This document shows positions 9,763 to 18,825 of a stretch of DNA of 64,000 bases, one piece after another; positions within the stretch are counted from its first letter, which is position 1, and each line of letters begins with the position of its first letter. The translations under genes and the position numbers were made by a program. The notes under the pieces were generated by a model. That model was not told the origin of the DNA, made no database searches, and worked only from the letters and a program-made list of their open reading frames with translations. This DNA comes from Minisyncoccia bacterium. Its GTDB lineage: Bacteria > Patescibacteriota > Minisyncoccia > SW-4-49-11. The stretch spans positions 1 through 64,000 of the forward strand of contig JBIKVS010000002.1 in NCBI GenBank assembly GCA_044356725.1, written 5' to 3'.

Positions 9763-10193
9763 ACTACTGATTCTATCTTATTTTTATATAATCCACCTAA
9801 AACCCCATTAACAAATTTACCAGCTGCTGGTCCGCTAAAAGCTTTGGCCAATTCAATAGCTTCATTAATTGCTACTTTTGGGGGAATATCCTTATCGTTA
9901 TAATACTCTATCTCGTAAATAGCTAATCTCAAAATACTTCTCTCTACAGGAGCAATAGTATCTACGATCCAACCAGTTGCATACTTAGTTATAGCTTCGT
10001 CTATTTGTAGTTTATTTTGCAAAACTCCAGATATAACTTCTTTGATATAAGAAATATCCTCTATACCTGTTGACAATCTATATAGAGATTCTTGAATAAT
10101 ATCCCAAAGTTTTTCATTTTCCCAAAGATCAGACACATCAATTTGATAAAGTGTTTGCATTGCTACTGACCTCATAAGGTGACGATTTGCCAT
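9759..10193 (-). CDS. nusB: Transcription antitermination factor
   Basis: [26 protein letters not shown]. Confidence 0.96.
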   Translation of the reverse strand: MANRHLMRSVAMQTLYQIDVSDLWENEKLWDIIQESLYRLSTGIEDISYIKEVISGVLQNKLQIDEAITKYATGWIVDTIAPVERSILRLAIYEIEYYNDKDIPPKVAINEAIELAKAFSGPAAGKFVNGVLGGLYKNKIESVV

Positions 10194-10241
10194 ATATTTT
10201 TTGTATTAGGAGCGATTTTTATAATTTTTGATAATATTGAT

Positions 10242-10379
10242 TTAACCGTTAGTTCTAGCTAAAAACTTTTTCAATCGGTGAGACACTCCCCGAACTTTAG
10301 CCTCTACTTGTTTTAAAGCATGATGAGAACGATTTTTACCAGTTCTACTATGATTATGTCGTTTCTTAGGTACTGCCAT
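10242..10379 (-). CDS. rpmF: 50S ribosomal protein L32 (45 aa, no cysteines)
   Basis: Hand-translated MAVPKKRHNHSRTGKNRSHHALKQVEAKVRGVSHRLKKFLARTNG; directly upstream of nusB-rnc. Confidence 0.9.
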   Translation of the reverse strand: MAVPKKRHNHSRTGKNRSHHALKQVEAKVRGVSHRLKKFLARTNG

Positions 10380-10406
10380 ATAATATAATTACTTAATTAT
10401 TATTAA

Positions 10407-11231
10407 TTATACAGCATTATCCTTGTTTTTGTCAATATTTGATTTATACTTCGAGATTAGCAGAATATATTCTATTGTGGCTTTATAAATTCTTCTGATT
10501 CTTTTAGGCTGCTGAATAAGACGATATAACCACTCTAAACCTATACTCCTCATCCATTTTGGAGCTCTTTTTTGAGTCCCTGCCAAAAAATCAAAGGTGC
10601 CACCAATACACATAATTACACCTTTATGATCATTTTTTATAAAGTATTGTTTTAACTGAGAGGCAAAAATTTCCTGTTTGGGATAAGATAGAGCTATTAG
10701 AACTACATCTGATTGAGTATCTAGAACTTTTTGAAAGAAACTTTCATCATTGAGAGATATTTTTTTGGAATAAGTACCTGTAATATTAATCCTAGGATAA
10801 GTATTTTGAATATAATCTTGCACTTTTTCAGGTACCACGCCCTCTCCTCCCAATAAATAGACTCTGCTTTTTTGTTTATGAGTCAACTCTAGTACATCAT
10901 AAATTAGATCCGAACCACTAATTTTTTCTGTGAACACCGAATATAAATTCATATCTCGGTTTACAATCCCTAATAGAGATATGATTAAATTATTCCATTT
11001 ACCTGCCAAATAAGCTCCCGCCCATAATATACCAATGCCATCTGGGATTCGAATTTCACTATTATTCAAAGCCGTCCTAAATTCCACATTATACTCAGCT
11101 TCAACTATAAATTCAGAATATGGAGTCACTACTTGCAAAATTTTGTTTTTTTCAATAGCTTTCCCAATTTTAGTAATCACCTCTTTGCGAGTCAATGTAT
11201 CTACTTCAACACTAGCAATTTTAACTGACAT
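10407..11231 (-). CDS. WecB/TagA/CpsF glycosyltransferase
   Basis: PDGIG, PKQE, IGGTFDF, RAPKWMRSIGLEWLYRL. Confidence 0.93.
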   Translation of the reverse strand: MSVKIASVEVDTLTRKEVITKIGKAIEKNKILQVVTPYSEFIVEAEYNVEFRTALNNSEIRIPDGIGILWAGAYLAGKWNNLIISLLGIVNRDMNLYSVFTEKISGSDLIYDVLELTHKQKSRVYLLGGEGVVPEKVQDYIQNTYPRINITGTYSKKISLNDESFFQKVLDTQSDVVLIALSYPKQEIFASQLKQYFIKNDHKGVIMCIGGTFDFLAGTQKRAPKWMRSIGLEWLYRLIQQPKRIRRIYKATIEYILLISKYKSNIDKNKDNAV

Positions 11232-11240
11232 ATTACATTC

Positions 11241-12110
11241 TTACTCTTTTTCAAATAAAGATTTCACTGATACATTTTTAATTGGTTGTTTGGCTAAAGG
11301 CAAGACTCTATTCTGAATATTAGCCTGTAACGATGGCCTGCTCTCATCTTGGAATATAATTCCGATTGGGAATTTTTTTCCTCCTTCAATTTCCATAGAT
11401 TTCTTCATTGCCCTAAATCTATCATTTGGCTTATATGGAGTTGTTGTAATATCATAGACTCTTTTAGAATAATACTCATAGGTATTAATATAATTATAAG
11501 TCACACAAGGCTGATAAATATCTACCAAAGCAAAACCTGGATGCAAAATAGCTGACTTAATAACTTGAGCCAAATGTGGGGTATTACCTGCAAAGCCTGC
11601 CGAGACAAAGGTAGCTTGAGCTGTGAGAGCCAATAGAGATGGGTTAAGCGGAGTCTCATAGGAGCCTTCCGGAGTGGTAGAGCTTTTATAACCAGGATCT
11701 GAGGTTGGAGAAGTCTGCCCTGTAGTCAATCCATAGACCTGATTATTATGTAAAATTACAGCTATATTAACATTACGCCTACAAGCATGCAAAAAGTGCT
11801 GTAGACCTTCTCCCAATAGTCCCCCATCTCCTCCAACTACAATAACAGTTAAGTCTGAATTAGCCATTTTGACTCCCTCGGCAATTGGAATAGACCTTCC
11901 ATGCAAACTCCCAAAACCATTATAATCCGTCCAATAAGCTAATTTGCCAGAACACCCAATATCTCCTACCAAAACAACTTTATGGGCTGGTAATTTTAAT
12001 TCTTGTAAAGCATTTTTCAGAGCCACCCAAATTCCATAATTACCACAACCTGGGCACCAATTGGGAGTGGATTGAGTATAATGTGATGATAAATCTTTTT
12101 TTGGCTTCAT
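11241..12110 (-). CDS. korB: 2-oxoacid:ferredoxin oxidoreductase beta subunit
   Basis: WCPGCG, IGCSG, GDG...NNQVYGLTTGQ TPP motif. Confidence 0.92.
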   Translation of the reverse strand: MKPKKDLSSHYTQSTPNWCPGCGNYGIWVALKNALQELKLPAHKVVLVGDIGCSGKLAYWTDYNGFGSLHGRSIPIAEGVKMANSDLTVIVVGGDGGLLGEGLQHFLHACRRNVNIAVILHNNQVYGLTTGQTSPTSDPGYKSSTTPEGSYETPLNPSLLALTAQATFVSAGFAGNTPHLAQVIKSAILHPGFALVDIYQPCVTYNYINTYEYYSKRVYDITTTPYKPNDRFRAMKKSMEIEGGKKFPIGIIFQDESRPSLQANIQNRVLPLAKQPIKNVSVKSLFEKE

Positions 12111-12113
12111 ATT

Positions 12114-13871
12114 TTAAAACATTTTATTACGGATAATTTTAGCAATTTCATTTGGATAAAATGGATGCCCATCATACTTCAAAAGTGAATGTTCTGGTTC
12201 AAAATTAAAATATTGCTTCAAAAGACCTGCAAACTGACCTGTAGCATTATTTTCTAATACTATTGCTCTTTTAATCTTACTTAATAAAGGTTGAGTTTTG
12301 ACTATATTAAAAGGGTAAATATAATTAAAATGAATTACATTAGCTAAAATATTATGTTCAGCCAATATTTCGGTTGCTTCTATAGCTGCCCATTTAGTAG
12401 AACCCCAACTAATCAAAGTAATATCTGCATTACTATTCCCATAAACTTGAGGTTTTGGAATTGATGGCAACATACTTTTTTCTTTCTGCATCCGCTTATC
12501 CATCATTTTGACCCTATTTTGAGCATCTTCACAAATCTCACCATATTCATTATGCTCATCTGAACCACTATGGAAAGTAATTCCTTTAGCCCCTGGCAAT
12601 GCTCTTGGGGATACTCCGTCTTTAGTAAATAAATATCTAGCATAACTTTCTGCTGACCCAATTTCATTTTTATTATGAATCAAGACACCTCTATCAATCT
12701 CTATAGCATCTAAATCTATATCTTTAGGGAATATCATTTGAGAAGTAGCTAAATATTTATCGGTTAGAACTATCACCGGAAGTTGATATAAATCAGCTAA
12801 ATTAAAGGCCTCCTGTATCAATTGATATAACTCCACACTATCTCCTGGAGCTAATACCACTCGAGGAAATTCTCCTTGAGAAGCATGCAAAACAAATCTT
12901 AGGTCAGACTGTTCGGTTTTAGTGGGGAGCCCTGTACTAGGACCACCTCGCATAGCATTAACTACCACTAAAGGAGTCTCTGTAATCCCAGCCAACCCAA
13001 TAGCTTCCACCATCAGAGAAAACCCTCCCCCTGATGACATCGTAATAGCTCTAGCTCCTGCATAAGAAGCCCCAATAGTCATACAAATTGCTGAAATTTC
13101 ATCTTCTGCCTGCTTAGCAATAATCCCATACTTATCCGAGTATGTAGCTAAATGGTCAAAAATTGGAGTGGCCGGAGTCATAGGATAGGCAGCCGTAAAT
13201 TTAACCCCCGCTTTAATAGCTCCAAAGGCTAAAGCCTGACTTCCATCAACTGAATAATAATCTTTCGCTTCTCCTTTTTTTAATGGATGATGAAATAAAT
13301 TGTCATAATTATCCTCAGCATATTCATAACCCTGCTTCATAGCTAGAATATTGTCATCCACAATTTGCTGATTTTTTTTCTTGAACTTTTTATCTATAAT
13401 TTTAGCATAAGTGCCAAGCTCCCAGCCCAAAACATAATGTAAAACTGCAATAGCAGCAGTATTAGAATATCTTGTCGATTTATTAATACCTCTTGAGATA
13501 GCGTTAAATGGAACTCCGACTCCAAAGAAAGATTGAGATTTATTAGGTTTACGGCTAATTTCTTTTTTTACAATATCCTTATCATAGATCAAAACTCCTT
13601 GTTTTTCAATTTCATCCCAGTGTATATCTAAGCTTTCAGCATCAAGAGCGATGAGATAATTAATATATTCCACCGGAGCATAAACAGGCTTATCAGACAC
13701 TCTTACAAAGACAACATTATGACCTCCTTTAATCAAGCTAGGATAATCCACCCAAACAAAGCTATATAACCCAACATTATGAGCAATTTGTTGGATAAAA
13801 TCACCCATACTCAAAATACCTTGACCGGCCTTTCCAGAGATTGCAATAACAAATTCATTTTTCAAATTCAT
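12114..13871 (-). CDS. korA: 2-oxoacid:ferredoxin oxidoreductase alpha subunit (gamma-alpha fusion)
   Basis: YPMTPAT, QAEDEI, SGGGFSLM, RGGPSTGLPT; start moved to MNLKNEF at 13871. Confidence 0.92.
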   Translation of the reverse strand: MNLKNEFVIAISGKAGQGILSMGDFIQQIAHNVGLYSFVWVDYPSLIKGGHNVVFVRVSDKPVYAPVEYINYLIALDAESLDIHWDEIEKQGVLIYDKDIVKKEISRKPNKSQSFFGVGVPFNAISRGINKSTRYSNTAAIAVLHYVLGWELGTYAKIIDKKFKKKNQQIVDDNILAMKQGYEYAEDNYDNLFHHPLKKGEAKDYYSVDGSQALAFGAIKAGVKFTAAYPMTPATPIFDHLATYSDKYGIIAKQAEDEISAICMTIGASYAGARAITMSSGGGFSLMVEAIGLAGITETPLVVVNAMRGGPSTGLPTKTEQSDLRFVLHASQGEFPRVVLAPGDSVELYQLIQEAFNLADLYQLPVIVLTDKYLATSQMIFPKDIDLDAIEIDRGVLIHNKNEIGSAESYARYLFTKDGVSPRALPGAKGITFHSGSDEHNEYGEICEDAQNRVKMMDKRMQKEKSMLPSIPKPQVYGNSNADITLISWGSTKWAAIEATEILAEHNILANVIHFNYIYPFNIVKTQPLLSKIKRAIVLENNATGQFAGLLKQYFNFEPEHSLLKYDGHPFYPNEIAKIIRNKMF

Positions 13872-13974
13872 ACTTTTATCTTTATATTTTAATGTAAATA
13901 TATTATAACACATATATATATATTTTAACAAATATTGCATTTTTAATAAAAATCATTATAATAGTATAAGTATA

Positions 13975-14047
13975 GGGCGCATAGCTCAGTTGGTAGAGCA
14001 GAAGACTCTTAATCTTTTGGTCGGAGGTTCGAGCCCTCCTGCGCCCA
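13975..14047 (+). tRNA. tRNA-Lys(CTT)
   Basis: Cloverleaf with GGGCGCA/TGCGCCC acceptor, anticodon loop CT-CTT-AA, T-loop TTCGAGC. Confidence 0.96.
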
Positions 14048-14173
14048 CAATAACCCTTGTAAAATAACTCTATTTATGCTACAATAACATTAGATTATTG
14101 TGCCTTCATTTTATAATTATGAAATGCATCATAATATATCGTATTATTAACTAACTTTGGACAAACTATCAAT

Positions 14174-15247
14174 ATGGCAAATGATATTAATATAATGGAG
14201 GACTTACTCCAAAAGAACCCTTTGGACTTACCTGTAGTGGGAGAAGATATACAAGGAAAAGTTTTAGACATTGGAACTAATGCAATGTATGTAGATTTAG
14301 GTCCAATTGGGACTGGAGTAGTACTAGGTGAAGAATTGCATGATGGTTTTGGGACTATCAAAACTTTGAAAAAAGGTGATGAAGTTACCGCTACCGTACT
14401 TACAACCAATACTACTGATGGGTATATTGAATTATCCCTCAGACAAGCTTCTGAAGATAAAGTTTGGGAAGATTTGTTTGCAAAGCAAGCTGCTGAAGAA
14501 CCTGTAGATGTCAAAATTATTGATGCTAATAAGGGAGGTCTATTAATCAGCATCAATGGAATTAGTGGATTCTTACCTGTTTCTCAATTAGCTTATGATC
14601 ATTATCCTAGAGTAGATGGTGGAGATAAGACTAAAATTTTAGGTAGACTAAAAGAATACACCGGAGAAATTTTCAGAGTAGCTATTATCAATGTGAATCG
14701 AGAAGAGAACAAATTAATTGTTTCTGAAAAGGCAGCTCGTAAAAGTGAAGAGCTAAATCTAGTAAATAGTTATGAGAAGGGAGATACCATAGATGGAGAA
14801 GTTACAGGAGTTGTAGACTTTGGAGTATTCGTAAAATTTGGTAAAAATGGACAGAAACTAGAAGGTCTGGTGCATATTTCTGAATTATCTTGGCAGTTAG
14901 TAGAAAATCCTAGAGACTTATATAAAGAAGGAGATAAAGTTCAAGCTAAAGTTATTGAAATTGTGAATGGAAAGGTTTCTCTATCTATCAAAGCTTTGAC
15001 AGAAGACCCTTGGAATACAATTGCTGAAAAATTCTCAGCCGACCAAATTGTAGAAGGACAGGTTGCTAGAATGAATCACTTTGGAATATTCGTACAACTT
15101 GATGCCGAAGTAAGAGGGTTAGTCCATAACTCTGAAATTGAAAAAGACCGTCCTAAATACACTGAATTAAAAGAAGGTACAAAAGCTAAGTTCAAAATAT
15201 TGTCCGTAGACCCGCAAGAGCATAGAATAAGTCTAGCGCTGGCCTAA
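14174..15247 (+). CDS. rpsA: 30S ribosomal protein S1 (four S1 domains)
   Basis: S1 repeats; NKGGLL, FLPVSQL, GLVHISELSW. Confidence 0.93.
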   Translation: MANDINIMEDLLQKNPLDLPVVGEDIQGKVLDIGTNAMYVDLGPIGTGVVLGEELHDGFGTIKTLKKGDEVTATVLTTNTTDGYIELSLRQASEDKVWEDLFAKQAAEEPVDVKIIDANKGGLLISINGISGFLPVSQLAYDHYPRVDGGDKTKILGRLKEYTGEIFRVAIINVNREENKLIVSEKAARKSEELNLVNSYEKGDTIDGEVTGVVDFGVFVKFGKNGQKLEGLVHISELSWQLVENPRDLYKEGDKVQAKVIEIVNGKVSLSIKALTEDPWNTIAEKFSADQIVEGQVARMNHFGIFVQLDAEVRGLVHNSEIEKDRPKYTELKEGTKAKFKILSVDPQEHRISLALA

Positions 15248-15269
15248 ATAATTTAACCCCTATTGCTAT

Positions 15270-17147
15270 ATGAAAAAATTTACCAAAAACATTCTCTCCG
15301 GACTGTTGTCAATTTTGGCTATTATAGTAATATTTGGATATTTAGTTACTCAAAACAACAGTAATGTTAGTAAAGTAGCTCTATCTGATATAGTACAAGA
15401 TATTCAAAATGACAATATAAACTCCATAGTAGTTTCTAATAATAATATTAAAGCTACTCTTAAAGATGACAGTATCAAAGAGGCTCAAAAAGAACCATCA
15501 GGAACATTTATAGAGTCACTACAAGCCTATGGAGTATCGGAAGAAAAAATAAATAATCTCAAAATTGAGGTTAAAAACAATGAAGGAAGTAGTTTGGCTT
15601 TATCTATATTCTTGAATCTACTCTTCCCTATTATCTTGATTGGTGGACTATTATGGTTCTCATTAAGACAAGCCCAAAAAGGTAATGCCCAGGCTATGAT
15701 GTTTGGTCGCTCAATGGCAAAAGTCATTATGCCCGACAAAGATAAGAAAAAAATGATTACCTTTGCCGATGTAGCTGGACTAAAAGAGGCTAAAGAAGAA
15801 TTAGAAGAGATTGTAGAATTCTTGAAGAATCCCCAAAAATACACCGATATAGGAGCTAAGATTCCAAAAGGAGTATTATTAGTAGGGCCACCAGGAACTG
15901 GTAAAACTCTGCTAGCCCGAGCCGTAGCTAATGAAGCTGAAGTACCATTTTTCTTCACCTCCGGATCTGAATTCGTAGAAATGTTCGTAGGAGTTGGAGC
16001 TAGTCGTATTCGAGATTTATTCAAAACAGCAGAAAAGAATTCCCCCGCCCTAATCTTCATCGATGAGTTAGATGCAGTTGGAAGATCTAGAGGAACTGGA
16101 GTTGGTGGAGGTAATGACGAGCGAGAACAAACCTTGAATCAAATTCTAGTAGAAATGGATGGATTTGAAGCTAATAAAGGTCTAATTGTCCTTGCTGCTA
16201 CCAATCGCCCCGATGTATTGGATTCGGCCTTAATGCGACCAGGAAGATTCGATAGAAGAGTCACCTTAGATTTACCAGATATCAAAGAGAGAGAACAGAT
16301 TTTAAAAGTTCATGCTAAAGGTAAGCCATTAGAGAAAAAAGTTAGCCTCAGAACTATTGCTGAGCGAACTCCTGGATTTTCTGGAGCTGACTTATCCAAT
16401 CTTTTGAATGAAGCTGCCATCGTTAGTGCTAGACATAATAAGAAAACTATCTCTGAGGATAATATCTTAATGTCCATAGATAAAGTATTGATGGGACCAG
16501 AGCGAAAAAGCCGAGTGATTAGCGAAAAAGAGAAGAAAATTGTAGCCTACCATGAATCTGGACATGCCGTCACCGGACATTTCTTAGAACAATCAGACCC
16601 TATTCAGAAAGTCACAATTATACCTCGTGGACGAGCTGGAGGCTATACCCTCAAAATGCCAACTGAAGATAGAAGATTTATTGCAAGGTCTCACTTTGAA
16701 GCCGATATGGCAGTGGCTCTAGGAGGATATGTAGCTGAGGAGATGATATTCGGAGAGATGACCACTGGAGCTTCTAATGATATCCAACAATTAACTCAAA
16801 TTGCCGAACAATATGTCAGATACTATGGAATGAGTAAATTAGGACCAATACATTATTCCGATTACAGGAATAATAGAACTGGAGAAATTACCAATCATAG
16901 TGAGAAAACTCTACAAGAAATTGATGATGAGGTTAAGACTATTATAGAGAAGGCTTATCAGACTTGTAAAAAAACTCTAACCGACAATAGAGACAAATTA
17001 AAACTATTAGCTCAGGCTCTAATAGAACATGAGACTATAGAAAGACAAGAATTCGAAGACTTAATGAATGGTATAAAACCTGAGTTAAAGCCTGAAAACG
17101 AAGAAGTGATTGAAGAATCTTCAACTGATACTGCTGAAAAAGTATAA
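15270..17147 (+). CDS. ftsH: ATP-dependent zinc metalloprotease
   Basis: Two TM helices, GPPGTGKT, second region of homology, HESGH. Confidence 0.98.
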   Translation: MKKFTKNILSGLLSILAIIVIFGYLVTQNNSNVSKVALSDIVQDIQNDNINSIVVSNNNIKATLKDDSIKEAQKEPSGTFIESLQAYGVSEEKINNLKIEVKNNEGSSLALSIFLNLLFPIILIGGLLWFSLRQAQKGNAQAMMFGRSMAKVIMPDKDKKKMITFADVAGLKEAKEELEEIVEFLKNPQKYTDIGAKIPKGVLLVGPPGTGKTLLARAVANEAEVPFFFTSGSEFVEMFVGVGASRIRDLFKTAEKNSPALIFIDELDAVGRSRGTGVGGGNDEREQTLNQILVEMDGFEANKGLIVLAATNRPDVLDSALMRPGRFDRRVTLDLPDIKEREQILKVHAKGKPLEKKVSLRTIAERTPGFSGADLSNLLNEAAIVSARHNKKTISEDNILMSIDKVLMGPERKSRVISEKEKKIVAYHESGHAVTGHFLEQSDPIQKVTIIPRGRAGGYTLKMPTEDRRFIARSHFEADMAVALGGYVAEEMIFGEMTTGASNDIQQLTQIAEQYVRYYGMSKLGPIHYSDYRNNRTGEITNHSEKTLQEIDDEVKTIIEKAYQTCKKTLTDNRDKLKLLAQALIEHETIERQEFEDLMNGIKPELKPENEEVIEESSTDTAEKV

Positions 17148-17197
17148 ATATAAGTACTAGTATTTTCATAACATTTTATGATATACTAGTATAATAT

Positions 17198-17274
17198 GGA
17201 TGTGTAGCTCAGCTGGTTAGAGCAGTCGTCTTATAAGCGACAGGTCGGTGGTTCAAGTCCACCCATATCCACCA
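17198..17274 (+). tRNA. tRNA-Ile(TAT), CCA encoded
   Basis: GGATGTG/CATATCC acceptor, GTCGT/GCGAC stem, loop CT-TAT-AA, TTCAAGT, ACCA end. Confidence 0.93.
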
Positions 17275-17317
17275 GAATATAGTTTAAATTAGGTCAGATT
17301 TTACTAAAATCAACACT

Positions 17318-18151
17318 ATGAGAACCCAGTCTATACAACTTCCAAGCTATATAGAATTGTGTAACATCTTATCCTTCGAAGCTAATAGACAAGTTCCATC
17401 TAAGAAAGAAAATATACATTATACTGATTTCTCTTGTATTATTGAACTTCTAAGAGAATTTAAGTTATCAACTCAATTTTTTGATTCAAGTTTTAAATTT
17501 ATAGATTTTCAAAACCCTAGACTTTTTAATGAGGTTACATCAATTTTTTCAGATTTAGTAGATAATATTTTAGAAGCACAAAATGATAAGAATAAAAAGA
17601 TATTATTTAATAAATTATATGATTATCTTTCAGAAAATGATATAAAACAAAAAGTAGATATAATCTTTGTTTTTGGTTCTCAAACTACTTTCCGAACACA
17701 AAAAGCTATAAATTTATACAAAGATGGATATGCTCCCAAAATTCTTATTAGTGGGAAATGTCCCTTTTATAAAAATAGTAAAGATATAATTCCTGAAGCA
17801 AAAAAACTAGCAGAATTTGCTATGGAAAATGGAATACCAAAAAATGATATTATTTTAGAACAAGAATCTATAACATTACCTGATAATGTTAAGCGTTCTC
17901 TTAATATGCTGGAGAGTAAAAATATTCCTCACAATAGTTTTATTTTAGTAAACTCACCTTTTTCACAGAGAAGAGGATGGGCACACTTTAACAAGTTTAG
18001 TACAGCTGACACTAAACTAATAAGATGTAATGTTGACACTATATCTTATAAATATTCAAAAGATGGTTGGTATAAAAATGAAGATGGAGCGAAAACTATA
18101 GTTAAGGAGTTTATTGCATTAAAAATGGGTGAGATAATTAATAGCTTATAG
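17318..18151 (+). CDS. YdcF/DUF218-family protein
   Basis: DIIFVFGS, ILISG, EA..LA.FA...GIP..DIILE..S. Confidence 0.85.
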   Translation: MRTQSIQLPSYIELCNILSFEANRQVPSKKENIHYTDFSCIIELLREFKLSTQFFDSSFKFIDFQNPRLFNEVTSIFSDLVDNILEAQNDKNKKILFNKLYDYLSENDIKQKVDIIFVFGSQTTFRTQKAINLYKDGYAPKILISGKCPFYKNSKDIIPEAKKLAEFAMENGIPKNDIILEQESITLPDNVKRSLNMLESKNIPHNSFILVNSPFSQRRGWAHFNKFSTADTKLIRCNVDTISYKYSKDGWYKNEDGAKTIVKEFIALKMGEIINSL

Positions 18152-18157
18152 CTATAG

Positions 18158-18727
18158 ATCCATCCCCCCCCCTACGGGTACTCTCTCCTAAGGGAGACAA
18201 AAAACCAGACCAAACTGTCCCTCGCTGGCGAAGGGGGACCACGGAGTGGTAGTGGTGGGTGTGGACAAATACTTATAGCTTGATTTCACTGTAAGTCCTC
18301 CTCCGGCCTATCGGCCACCTCCCCCAAGTGAGGATAAAATAAAGACGACGACAAGGTCGCCCCCTCCTAATATCTCTTTTTCAAGAGCTAATAGGAGGGA
18401 CTTAATGCCCTACAAAAGAACAATGTCGGCGAGGGCGCCGACTCTACGAACTTACAATTAACCATTTATAAGTATATACTCCACCCCGTCCAGCATAGCT
18501 GTCCATCCCTCAAGAGGGGAATTTTAGGAAAATCCTAACACTCCTCAACAGCAAATGTCCTCCTCCGTCGTCGCAAATGGGATTTACTCCTTTGTCCTCC
18601 TCCGTCACCTACAGTGCCACCTCCCCCAAGGGAGGATAGTTCTTATTTTGTCTCCCTTTGGAGGGAGTACCCGTAGGGGGAGGGAGGACTGAGTTATATA
18701 TTTTTGTCATCCCCCAAGGGAGGACAG
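18158..18727. repeat. Large REP-like mosaic B (about 10 hairpin units) between convergent genes
   Basis: 18416-18459 is identical to 52159-52202; 18595-18666 is nearly identical to 45707-45778; 18478-18525 matches 45808-45855. Confidence 0.9.
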
Positions 18728-18825
18728 GCTAGCTATTATCTAATATTCTTGCTACTACTTAGATTCATTGACTTTTTATCTAGCAATTTGTCTCCAATAA
18801 TCTCTTTTTTGTTCATTCTATATAT

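Noticed and set aside
18158-18727. CRISPR array or integron attC array
   Set aside because: Units vary in sequence and orientation, there is no constant repeat with unique spacers, and no cas or intI gene or gene cassettes are present
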